The notes under the pieces were generated by a model. It had not been told where the DNA came from. It did no database searches and worked only from the letters and a program-made list of their open reading frames with translations. Made by a program: the position numbers and the translations under genes. Shown here piece by piece: positions 10,200 through 19,037 of a stretch of DNA of 41,273 bases. Source of the DNA: Phycisphaerae bacterium (GTDB lineage Bacteria; Planctomycetota; Phycisphaerae; SM23-33); contig JAFGEJ010000173.1 in assembly GCA_016931655.1 (NCBI GenBank), forward strand, positions 1 through 41,273. Direction: 5' to 3'. Position 1 is the stretch's first letter. Every line of letters begins with the position of its first letter.

Positions 10200-11176
10200 G
10201 ACCCAATGATTCCGACGAGCAGAATGGACACGGTAGCCGGTTCCGGTACAACGTCCATAATAAATATTTCGTAGCCGAATCGGCCATCGTTGCCCTTTCC
10301 GGATTCCTGATTGATGATTCCGTACACCTCAAACTCACCGTCCGGAGCGTCGCCCAGGTCGTAAAGCGGCATGCGAAGATTGAATAGGCGGCCCTGACCA
10401 TCGGTAACTTCGCAAAGGCGTTCGTCCCACGCCGTTTGCCCCCACCCTCCATCACCGTTTTCCGTCAGCGTCAAACCCGTAACGTGCACGTACATTCCCT
10501 GGTAATACTCCGCTCCGGTTTTACGCGACGGGTCGAACTTCGGATAGTTCGAATCATATCCAGCCGCGAGGGGATCGGCGTACAAATCGGCAAGGGTCAA
10601 TTCCTTCGCCGTGGGCAGACCGCATTGGGCCTCGACCAACGTAACCGTGAAGTCGTATTGGGGATCCGTATCGTGGTCCTCGTTGATGTTTCTCTTTCCG
10701 CCGTAAAACTTACTGATGTTGGCCGTCACCGTCACCAGATCGCCCTGACGAAACTGCTGAAGATCGTTGTTGATATCGTAATAGTAATTCAGGCGAAGCA
10801 TTTCCGCGGCCCAGGCGTTCCCGTCGTAGGTTCCGTAGCCCCATGGGAGGCTGCTGTAATTCTGACCCATCCACAAGGCCGTTCCGTTGTGATCCTCATT
10901 TTCCCCCTCACCGATCCCCTGGATGAAAATCTGCCATTGGGCGCCCATTCTTCCTTCGGCGTATGCAGCGTCGTCATACGTCGAATCCAGCATATCCTCG
11001 GGATTGTTCAGAATCACGCCGGTGATGGTGATCGGATAGGTTCCTGTCCATGTGGAAACGCCCATGGCATTGACGGCCTGGAAATCCCAGTTCGACACAT
11101 CGGCAGCTTGCACCTGTGATGCGATACCACAAAACAATCCCACCAATACAAACATAGAAATACGAGCGAACTTCAT
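10172..11176 (-). CDS. PEP-CTERM sorting domain surface protein
   Basis: Signal peptide [24 protein letters not shown]; C-terminal [25 protein letters not shown]. The acidic, beta-rich body has OB-fold-like segments ([19 protein letters not shown]). A GAGGAG RBS precedes ATG 11176. Confidence 0.9.
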   Translation of the reverse strand: MKFARISMFVLVGLFCGIASQVQAADVSNWDFQAVNAMGVSTWTGTYPITITGVILNNPEDMLDSTYDDAAYAEGRMGAQWQIFIQGIGEGENEDHNGTALWMGQNYSSLPWGYGTYDGNAWAAEMLRLNYYYDINNDLQQFRQGDLVTVTANISKFYGGKRNINEDHDTDPQYDFTVTLVEAQCGLPTAKELTLADLYADPLAAGYDSNYPKFDPSRKTGAEYYQGMYVHVTGLTLTENGDGGWGQTAWDERLCEVTDGQGRLFNLRMPLYDLGDAPDGEFEVYGIINQESGKGNDGRFGYEIFIMDVVPEPATVSILLVGIIGSCLSKRRRT

Positions 11177-11259
11177 GATGATTCTCCTCTCTATGAGCAA
11201 AATACAACGGGTAAAACGAGCATTCCTTTCGCGTCATAAACCGCGGCGGAGCGACCTTG

Positions 11260-11286
11260 GTATTACGACGCAAAGAATCGTAATAC
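11260..11286. promoter_or_regulatory. putative NikR-type operator, GTATTAC-N13-GTAATAC
   Basis: Perfect 9-bp arms GTATTACGA / TCGTAATAC. It fits the TRWYA-N15-TRWYA NikR operator geometry, lies upstream of a metal ABC operon and overlaps the -10 element. Confidence 0.65.
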
Positions 11287-11305
11287 GACGATCCGGGTTT
11301 TGCAA
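11277..11305 (-). promoter_or_regulatory. sigma70-type promoter of the PEP-CTERM/metal ABC operon
   Basis: TTGCAA (11305-11300), a 17-nt spacer and TACGAT (11282-11277) on the minus strand, about 100 bp upstream of ATG 11176. Confidence 0.6.
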
Positions 11306-11493
11306 GCCAAAATTTCGAAATTCATCAAAATTATTTTGCCGGTATTTCCCTGTAATACCCCCCGCCCGGCTGCGTTTGGCCTTGTGGCGTTCGGATGGTG
11401 GACTCCGCGCGTTTGTTTGAGAACAATCAGACTTGAAGCGACGCCGCATCGGCGGTAGGATTTTTGATTCCTTTTCGGACCAGGAGCAGACTC

Positions 11494-12615
11494 ATGGCGG
11501 AAGTGATTCTCGAAAACGTGGATAAGGTATATCCCGGCGGCGTACAGGCCGTGACGGATTTCAACCTGAACATCCAGGACGGCGAATTTCTCGTGCTGGT
11601 CGGTCCTTCGGGCTGCGGCAAGAGCACGACCCTTCGGATGGTCGCGGGGCTGGAGGAAATCTCCGGCGGCACGATTCGCATCGGCCGGCGCATCATCAAC
11701 GACGTGGCGCCGAAGGATCGTGACGTCGCGATGGTCTTTCAGAACTACGCCCTGTATCCGCACATGACGGTATACAAAAACATGGCCTTCGCGCTGAAAC
11801 TTCGCAAATACCCCAGAAGGGAAATCGACCAGCGCGTCCGCGAGGCGGCGAGCATTCTGGACATCGAAGAGTTGCTGGAGCGTAAGCCCAAGGCCCTGTC
11901 CGGCGGGCAGCGGCAGCGCGTCGCCGTCGGCCGGGCAATCGTGCGCCAACCCAAGGCCTTCCTGTTCGACGAGCCCCTCTCCAACCTCGACGCCAAGCTG
12001 CGCGTGGAAATGCGCGCGGAACTGAAGCGCCTGCACCACAAACTCTCCACCACGACGATCTACGTTACCCACGACCAGGAAGAGGCCATGACCCTCGGCG
12101 ACCGCGTGGTGGTGATGAAGTTCGGCGTTATGCAGCAGGTCGGCACGCCGCTGGAGGTGTACAACCGCCCGCTCAACAAGTTCGTCGCGGGGTTCGTCGG
12201 CACGCCGCCAATGAACTTCCTTGACGGAACCGTGACGTCCGACGGAGGAGACCTCTTTTTCGACGGAACGGATTTTCGGCTTCGTCTGCCGAAGCAACAC
12301 GCCTCCGCCCTGGCCTCGCACGTGTCCCGGCCGGTGATCCTGGGCGTCCGCCCGCAGGCGATGAACACCAACCCCGAAGGCCGATTCGCCGGGAAGGACA
12401 ATTCGATCCCCGTGACGGTGCAGGTGGTCGAACCGCTGGGCGAGAAAATGGACGTCTTCGCCGCCACGCCGACGTTCCCGCATATCGTCGCCCGCGTGGA
12501 CGCGCGAACGGACATAACCACCGAGGCTAAACTCAACCTGTACCTGGACATGAACCGCGTGCATGTTTTCGACACCGACGGCGATCAGGTGAACCTGACT
12601 CTCGCGTCCGCGTAA
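11494..12615 (+). CDS. carbohydrate ABC transporter ATP-binding protein (MalK/UgpC/MsmX family)
   Basis: [44 protein letters not shown] and [12 protein letters not shown], with a C-terminal TOBE region. An AGGAG RBS precedes ATG 11494. Confidence 0.93.
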   Translation: MAEVILENVDKVYPGGVQAVTDFNLNIQDGEFLVLVGPSGCGKSTTLRMVAGLEEISGGTIRIGRRIINDVAPKDRDVAMVFQNYALYPHMTVYKNMAFALKLRKYPRREIDQRVREAASILDIEELLERKPKALSGGQRQRVAVGRAIVRQPKAFLFDEPLSNLDAKLRVEMRAELKRLHHKLSTTTIYVTHDQEEAMTLGDRVVVMKFGVMQQVGTPLEVYNRPLNKFVAGFVGTPPMNFLDGTVTSDGGDLFFDGTDFRLRLPKQHASALASHVSRPVILGVRPQAMNTNPEGRFAGKDNSIPVTVQVVEPLGEKMDVFAATPTFPHIVARVDARTDITTEAKLNLYLDMNRVHVFDTDGDQVNLTLASA

Positions 12616-12677
12616 GGCGCAATCCGCCGAAACCGGTTTTGTTAGAGTGCCAAAACCCACGGAAGGAAAGAAACAGA

Positions 12678-13583
12678 ATGTATGTAACCGGATTTGCCGA
12701 CGAAGCCGCCGGCGACATCGAAGGCCAGATTCGCGCCACAAAAGAACTGGGCTGGACCTACATCGAATCCCGCAACATCAACGGGAAAAACATCCACGAC
12801 CTTTCCGATGCGGACTTCGACGTGGCGGCCGGTAAACTCGAAGAGGCCGGCGTGAAAATCAACTGCTTCGGATCGGCGATCGCGAATTGGCAAAAGCTCA
12901 TCTCCGAACCGTTCGATTCCTCCCTCGCCGAGGCGCGCCGCGCCATCCCCCGCATGCGGCGGCTGGGCACAAAACTCGTGCGCGTCATGAGCTTTAAGTG
13001 GTCGCTGGACAACCCGACGGACGACGCCTCGCAGAACTTCGCCGAACGCTGCCGCCGCCTGAGCGAGTTGGTAAAGATGTTCGCCGACGCCGGCATCCAG
13101 GCCGTCCACGAAAACTGCATGAACTACGGCGGCATGGGCTGGACGTTCACGCAAAAGCTCGTGGACAACGTGCCCGGCCTGAAGCTCGTCTACGATACGG
13201 GCAATCCCGTCTTTTCCGACGACCGCGGATACAAGGAACCCTATCCCAAACAGTCCAGCTGGGAATTCTACAGCTTCGTGAAGGAGCACATTGCCTACGT
13301 GCACATCAAGGACGGGCGATGGGACTACGAAAACGAAGAGCAAATCTATGACTGGCCCGGCGAGGGCGAGGGCGACGTGCGGGCGATTGTGAAAGACCTG
13401 CTCACCAGCGGCTATGACGGCGGATTCTCCATGGAGCCGCACCTGGCAAGCGTGTTCCACGATCCGAACGTCAAGGCGCCCGATGAAAACGCCTACCAGG
13501 TGTACGTCGAATACAGCCGGCGGTTTGAACAGCTCGTGCGCGACCTGGGCTTCGGCGAAAAGATCAACACGACCGAAGCGTAG
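12678..13583 (+). CDS. sugar phosphate isomerase/epimerase (xylose isomerase-like TIM barrel)
   Basis: Metal-binding motifs TGFADEA, HEN, YDTGN, YVHIKD and GFSMEPHL. Confidence 0.85.
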   Translation: MYVTGFADEAAGDIEGQIRATKELGWTYIESRNINGKNIHDLSDADFDVAAGKLEEAGVKINCFGSAIANWQKLISEPFDSSLAEARRAIPRMRRLGTKLVRVMSFKWSLDNPTDDASQNFAERCRRLSELVKMFADAGIQAVHENCMNYGGMGWTFTQKLVDNVPGLKLVYDTGNPVFSDDRGYKEPYPKQSSWEFYSFVKEHIAYVHIKDGRWDYENEEQIYDWPGEGEGDVRAIVKDLLTSGYDGGFSMEPHLASVFHDPNVKAPDENAYQVYVEYSRRFEQLVRDLGFGEKINTTEA

Positions 13584-13686
13584 GACGCGTTCGATTTAAC
13601 TTTTGCATGGCGGGACGGCAAGCCGGGTCAGGAATCGGCTTTCCGTTCGGCGTTGTTGGATACATGGTGCAAACTCATGCGGTGGG

Positions 13687-13716
13687 AAAAACCCGTCTAC
13701 CAACAGACGGGTTTTT
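13687..13716. terminator. bidirectional intrinsic terminator
   Basis: AAAAACCCGTCT-ACCAAC-AGACGGGTTTTT between convergent genes. Confidence 0.75.
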
Positions 13717-13758
13717 GATGCGCGTAAAAAAAACGTAATGCGTATGACCTGAGCCTGG

Positions 13759-16700
13759 TTACGCGAGGGAAACGCAGATTCCGACGTAGTTCGAGAGGAC
13801 CTGGCTGATCGACAGCCGAAGCAGGCCGTCGTTGTAGTTGCTGTCCCACGTCCGCCCGTCCACGCCCCAGGGATTGTAGACCGTCACGTAGTTGCTCGCG
13901 TCGATGGAGACCACCTGGTAGGCGTGCCCGCCGACGACCGGGCTGGCGGCGCTGGAGTAGCTGCCCAATGTCACGGCGTGCCCGGCGTTGAGATTGTTCC
14001 GCAGATACGTCGCCAGTGTGCTGGTGGAATAATTGTACGTGTACTGGAACGTCGCCGAGACGCCCGTCACCTCGCGATACACGTCGTCCATCCATCCGCC
14101 GCTGATCGAGGCGTAGCTGTCCTGCCCGTAGCGGAAGTGGCAGTAGGCCTTCTCGATCAGGGGAACCCAGATTTCGCTCGTGTCGCTGGTTCGGGCGTAG
14201 ACCAGGTTGCCGGAGCTGTTGACGGGCAGGTCGCCGTCGATTCGCAGGTAGACTTCCGTCGAACCGCTGTAGAAGCGCACCGCGTACGTGCCGTCGCCCA
14301 GGGCCGTGATCATCTGCTGAATGATCGTCGGGTCGGTCTGGGAGAGGCTGGACACGGCGGCCAGGAAGTAACAGTCGCCCACCGAACCCTGGTTGATGTC
14401 GTCGTACTGCGGGCCGTTGTTGAACACGGCCAGGTGCGAGAAATTCGCGTAGCCGCTGGCGTAGCTGGTGAGCGTCGGGTCGCGGTAGTTCTGGCCGGCG
14501 ATCTCCAGCGAGACGTAATCGCTCGATGCGGGGTTCGTGGTATACGGCTGGTAGAAGCTGGTGATCCGATGCACGCTTTTCGCGGCCGTTTCGACGCTGG
14601 AAGCGTCCGACAGCGCGTCGGTCGAATCCATCCAGAAGCTGTCCGTCCCCGCACCGCCGGCGACCGTATCCTGTCCGCCGCCGACGGAAACGATCAGGTC
14701 GTCGCCCGCCTCGCCGTAACTGTAGCCGTGGCCTTGTCCGTTTTCGTAGATCGTGTCGTTTCCGTCGCCGCTGTAGATTCGCGCCACCGCCGTCACGGAA
14801 TACGTCGTGCGGAGCACGTCATTGCCCGCAAAGCCGTACAGTTCAATGCTGCTGATCACGCCGTTGTAACTGTACGCCAGGCTGCCGGTAACGCTGACGG
14901 ACGAGGCCGTCTGGCTGACGACGATCACGTCGTTGTTGTTCGTTCCCACGATGCGGAGCAGCAGGCCGCTGCCGGTGTTGTACACGACGGCCGTTACGAT
15001 GCTGCCGGGCGTCGGATCGGGAATGTCGGGATTCGGGTCAGGATCCGGGTCGGGATCCGGAACGCTGGTCTGCGCGGTAAGGCGGTAACCGCCCGTTTCG
15101 CTCGTGGCAGCGGCGTAGAGGCGGGCGTAGTACTTGGCGCCCTGGACGGAGGAGAAAGTTACCGAGGCCGGGACGGAGCCTGTCCCGACCCCGGTGGTCA
15201 GCAGTTGTCCGCTGCTGTTGTAGATGGCCAATGTGGGGCGAAGCGTTCCGCTCGTGCGGGCCAGGGACAACGACATATCGCCCGTGTGCGTGGCGAAAAA
15301 GGCGACGTAGTCATTGTCGCCCTCAAAATTAATCGCCCCGGTGAGAACTCCCGCGCCGTTTGCATCCAGCGCCAGCGTGCCGGCTGTGGCGAACGATCCG
15401 CCGTAGTCGTCTCCCGTGAGCATCAGTTCCAGATTATAGGCGCCCTGGCTGTAGGAGTAGGCATGGGCCTGGACGTAGTAGGTTCTCCCGGCCTCGACGT
15501 AGAAACTCACAGCCGAGTTGAGCGTCCCGCCGCTGTCGTCGTTGGAGGCGACAACCGTACCGGCTGCGTTGCGAATGGTCAGATACGTGTCCAGCCGGCT
15601 GCCGGCGGAAGCCTCCATCGTCACGTCCATTCCGCCGCTCTGGGCGGCGGTGAATACGAAGAAGTCGAGGTCATAGGCGTAGTCGATCACGCCCGAAACC
15701 GCCGTCGGCGTGCCCGGAACGACAGTCAACTGCGTCGCGCCGGCGCGGTCGTTGCCGTGATCGTCCACGCGCATATCGAAGCTCAGCGTGTAGTCTCCCC
15801 TTCCGGGCGACAGCGAGGCCGCCCGCACGTAATACGTCCGCCCCGCCGCCACACGGAAACTCGCCGCGGTCGAGCCGCCGTAGTATCCCACGCCGTACGT
15901 GACGCGCTGCCCCAGGTCGTTCCAGATCGACAGGTACGGCCGAATCGACGGATCCACGTCGTGCATCCGGATCGACATGTCCGTATTCTGCTCCGCGGCG
16001 AACACGAACCAGTCCACGTCATAGCCATACTCCAGCGAGCTGTCGATTACGGCGTCTCCGTCTTCATCCAGCGTTACAAACTGGGCGCCGGCGGGCGTAT
16101 TGCCCTGTTGGTCGGGGGAGAAGGTGAAATGAAGATCGTAGTCCCCCTGCGAAACCCACCATCCCCGGGCCTGCACGTAATACGTCTGCCCGGCCTGGAC
16201 GTAGAAGTTCACCGCCGAGTTTGTCTGCCCGGGGGCCACGTCGTCGTTCCAGGTGATGTACCGCCCGGCGGCGTTTTGGACCAGGAGCATGCTGTCCAGG
16301 TAGCTTCCCGCCGCCGCGTCCATGTGGATGGTCATTCCGCCCGTCTGGGCGGCTGTGAACTGGAAATAGTCACGGTCGTACCGGTAGTCGATTCCGCCGG
16401 AAACGTCGGTGGTTCCCTCGCCGAGGGCGACCGCCGTCGCCAGGGCCGGGATATTGCCGTGCTCGTCCACCTTGTGCGTAAAGGTCAGGTCGTATTGTCC
16501 CGCGCTGGCATACATGCCGGCGGCCAAAACGTAATAGCTCTGCCCGGCCTGGACGATAAAGGACGTCTGGGCGTCCCGGCTGCCGTATTGATAATTGTTG
16601 TTGGCGGTAACGTAACGTCCCGCGGCGTTGTACACGAACAGAAGAGAATCCACGCCTGAAGCGTCCCCGGACATGGTCACCGTCATCGCGCCGTTGTCGG

Positions 16701-17259
16701 GAGCGACGAACGTGAACATGTCCTGGTCCCGGGAATAATCAATGGAAGAACTGTGTACGGTCGTGGCTTCGGACGCGACGTTCAGCGCGGTTGCGTTGCC
16801 CCAGCCGGCGCCGTCCTCGTCCTCGGAAAACACCAGCGACAGTTCATACTCCCCCGCGGTGTACCACGCGCTGCGAGCGAAAAGATAATAGGTCTGGCCG
16901 GCCTGGACAAACATGTTCACACGCGCATCGAGTGTGCCCACCGCCATGTTGTTGTTGGCGACCACCAGACGCGGATTTGCGTTGTACGCCAGCAGAACGG
17001 CGTCCAGTCCCCCCTCGCCGTCCATCGTCACAGACAACCCGCCGGTAAGGGGCGCCACGAACTTCACAAAATCGAAATCCCTCGGGGAGGAAATCTCCCC
17101 TTCAACCGTTGTTACCTCGTCCGCCTGTACACTGATTTCGTTCGCCGTCCACAACGTGTTGGCGAAGTCCCCTACGACCGATTCAAGAGAAACAGCGCTG
17201 AGAAACAATCTCGGCTCGAGCGATTCAATGATCGGCGGATTAAACGTATCCTTATTCAT
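13759..17259 (-). CDS. extracellular calpain-like (C2) cysteine protease with LEPRxLL motif, six PPC-like repeats and RTX-like repeats
   Basis: N-terminal IESLEPRLFLSA; six repeats of about 115-120 aa (DxxGN..A ... D.D.F.F.A ... GQTYY ... G.Y.L); a PDPDPDPDPNPD linker; GxxGxD repeats; and the catalytic motifs QGSVGDCYFLAA, GHAY and VYNPWG. Confidence 0.85.
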   Translation of the reverse strand: MNKDTFNPPIIESLEPRLFLSAVSLESVVGDFANTLWTANEISVQADEVTTVEGEISSPRDFDFVKFVAPLTGGLSVTMDGEGGLDAVLLAYNANPRLVVANNNMAVGTLDARVNMFVQAGQTYYLFARSAWYTAGEYELSLVFSEDEDGAGWGNATALNVASEATTVHSSSIDYSRDQDMFTFVAPDNGAMTVTMSGDASGVDSLLFVYNAAGRYVTANNNYQYGSRDAQTSFIVQAGQSYYVLAAGMYASAGQYDLTFTHKVDEHGNIPALATAVALGEGTTDVSGGIDYRYDRDYFQFTAAQTGGMTIHMDAAAGSYLDSMLLVQNAAGRYITWNDDVAPGQTNSAVNFYVQAGQTYYVQARGWWVSQGDYDLHFTFSPDQQGNTPAGAQFVTLDEDGDAVIDSSLEYGYDVDWFVFAAEQNTDMSIRMHDVDPSIRPYLSIWNDLGQRVTYGVGYYGGSTAASFRVAAGRTYYVRAASLSPGRGDYTLSFDMRVDDHGNDRAGATQLTVVPGTPTAVSGVIDYAYDLDFFVFTAAQSGGMDVTMEASAGSRLDTYLTIRNAAGTVVASNDDSGGTLNSAVSFYVEAGRTYYVQAHAYSYSQGAYNLELMLTGDDYGGSFATAGTLALDANGAGVLTGAINFEGDNDYVAFFATHTGDMSLSLARTSGTLRPTLAIYNSSGQLLTTGVGTGSVPASVTFSSVQGAKYYARLYAAATSETGGYRLTAQTSVPDPDPDPDPNPDIPDPTPGSIVTAVVYNTGSGLLLRIVGTNNNDVIVVSQTASSVSVTGSLAYSYNGVISSIELYGFAGNDVLRTTYSVTAVARIYSGDGNDTIYENGQGHGYSYGEAGDDLIVSVGGGQDTVAGGAGTDSFWMDSTDALSDASSVETAAKSVHRITSFYQPYTTNPASSDYVSLEIAGQNYRDPTLTSYASGYANFSHLAVFNNGPQYDDINQGSVGDCYFLAAVSSLSQTDPTIIQQMITALGDGTYAVRFYSGSTEVYLRIDGDLPVNSSGNLVYARTSDTSEIWVPLIEKAYCHFRYGQDSYASISGGWMDDVYREVTGVSATFQYTYNYSTSTLATYLRNNLNAGHAVTLGSYSSAASPVVGGHAYQVVSIDASNYVTVYNPWGVDGRTWDSNYNDGLLRLSISQVLSNYVGICVSLA

Positions 17260-17350
17260 TTAATGGCCTTACAGCAATTAAGAAGCCCCGCCCCGCAGTC
17301 CGTGCAAGCGCAGTGGTCTTATCGGGAAGATAAAATGGGTGGTTTAGTAA

Positions 17351-17366
17351 GCAATTCCGGAATTGC
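17351..17366. promoter_or_regulatory. perfect 16-bp palindrome upstream of the protease gene
   Basis: GCAATTCC-GGAATTGC, about 90 bp upstream of ATG 17259, in the divergent AT-rich spacer. Confidence 0.3.
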
Positions 17367-17742
17367 CGACTGTGATAAAATGAGAGATTCGAGCCGTCTG
17401 ATCAGCCCGTATCACGAGAGTCGGCCGGAACAATTTCTTATATTCCACTGCAATAAAAAGACTTAAGATAGCACCAAACAAGGTACCTGTTCTTGTTCCG
17501 GCTGATGCTATTCCACATATGAAATATATGATTCAAATGGGAAAAATAGTAAATAATGAAGGTGGATTTCAGGCTTTTTGATGGGAATCGCGTGGAATCT
17601 TCTTGCTGAAAAACGGGTATTCAGATTACCATTCTTCGCGTTCTTCAGAGAACCTGAACAGATACCGAATTTTCTTGTATCAGGGATTATCACGGCAGGC
17701 ATAGGCCCTACCTATCAGACAGGGCAAGGAAAGGGTAATGAA

Positions 17743-18840
17743 ATGATTGTCGGTGTTCCACGGGAAATCAAATCGGACGAGTACCGGGTCAGCCTCTTGC
17801 CGGTGGGCGCTCACCTGCTGACGGAAGACGGGCATAGGGTTCTGGTGGAGTCCGGCGCGGGGCTGGGCAGCGGGTTTGCCGACGAATCGTACGCCTCCGC
17901 CGGTGCGGAGATCGTTTCCTCGGCGGAGGAAATTTTCTCGCGGGCGGAGATGATCGTGAAAGTCAAGGAGCCCCAGCCGGTTGAGATCGGGCGTATGCGC
18001 GCCGGACAGGTAGTCTTCACGTACTTTCACTTTGCCGCTTCGCGGGAGTTGACGGAGGGGTGCCTCCGCTCGGGCGCCACCGCCGTCGCCTACGAAACGC
18101 TTTGCGACGGCGCCGGCCGGCTTCCGCTGCTGACGCCCATGAGCGAGGTGGCCGGCAAGATGAGCATCCAGGAAGGGGCGAAATATCTCGAACGCCCGAT
18201 GATGGGGCGAGGCATCCTTCTGGGCGGGGTAGCCGGCGTGGCGCCGGCGAACGTGCTGATCCTCGGCGGCGGCGTGGTCGGATCCTCCGCCGCCCGTATG
18301 GCGGCCGGCCTGGGCGCCAACGTCACGCTCATGGACATCAACCTGGATCGCCTCCGCTATCTCGATGAAATCATGCCCGCCAACGTCGCGACGGTCTACT
18401 GCGACCGCTACGCCATTCTCGACGCGCTGAAGTACGCGGACCTCGTGATCGGGGCGGTGCTGATCCCGGGCCGGCGGGCGCCAAGCCTGGTGCGGCGGGA
18501 CGATCTTGCCCGCATGAAACCCGGGGCCGTCGTCGTGGACGTGGCCGTCGACCAGGGCGGGTGCATCGAAACCACGCATCCCACGACGCACAGCGATCCG
18601 ACGTTTATCGTCGAAAACGTCGTTCATTACTGCGTCGCCAACATGCCCGGCGCCGTCGGGCGCACCAGCAGCCAGGCGCTGTGCAACGCCACCCTTCCCT
18701 TCGCGCGGGAACTGGCGCGCAGGAACGTGGATGGATTCGCCGCTATTTCTCCGGGGCGGGCGGCGGCGGTCAACCTTCGCGACGGGAAGATCATAAATCG
18801 CGACGTTGCGGAAGTGTTTCCGGACCTTTCCGCGGCGTAA
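17743..18840 (+). CDS. ald: alanine dehydrogenase
   Basis: MIVGVPREIKSDEYRV, IVKVKEP, FTYFHFAA, LLTPMSEVAG, GGGVVG, DVAVDQGGC and HYCVANMPGAV. Confidence 0.96.
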   Translation: MIVGVPREIKSDEYRVSLLPVGAHLLTEDGHRVLVESGAGLGSGFADESYASAGAEIVSSAEEIFSRAEMIVKVKEPQPVEIGRMRAGQVVFTYFHFAASRELTEGCLRSGATAVAYETLCDGAGRLPLLTPMSEVAGKMSIQEGAKYLERPMMGRGILLGGVAGVAPANVLILGGGVVGSSAARMAAGLGANVTLMDINLDRLRYLDEIMPANVATVYCDRYAILDALKYADLVIGAVLIPGRRAPSLVRRDDLARMKPGAVVVDVAVDQGGCIETTHPTTHSDPTFIVENVVHYCVANMPGAVGRTSSQALCNATLPFARELARRNVDGFAAISPGRAAAVNLRDGKIINRDVAEVFPDLSAA

Positions 18841-18846
18841 GGATTC

Positions 18847-18968
18847 GTGGCACCTTCAAGCGATTCTTATCGCTTGTGGGTGCCGTTGTGTTTTATCGTG
18901 TTTCCTGCTTCCTGCTGCCATTTTCAAGAGCACCCACAACCAGCGAAGACGCTGGTTGTAGGTGCCAC
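18847..18968. repeat. inverted pair of REP-like hairpins (REPIN-like) with GTGG feet
   Basis: Unit 1 (+, 18847-18884): GTGGCACCTTCAAGCGAT-TCTT-ATCGCTTGTGGGTGCC. Unit 2 (-, 18968-18930): GTGGCACCTACAACCAGCG-TCTT-CGCTGGTTGTGGGTGC. Confidence 0.7.
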
Positions 18969-19037
18969 GGTCCATCCCCGCGTGTTTTCTTTTCCCCAGC
19001 GGGGTCTTGCTATGATACACTTCGGCCTGGAATCACC

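Noticed and set aside
15011-15063. GGATCCGGGTCG-like short tandem repeats
   Set aside because: They are explained by the Pro-Asp linker of the protease and are not an independent element.
17260-17742. Long AT-rich divergent spacer as an ncRNA or riboswitch
   Set aside because: I found no recognisable aptamer or terminator architecture, only a 16-bp palindrome.
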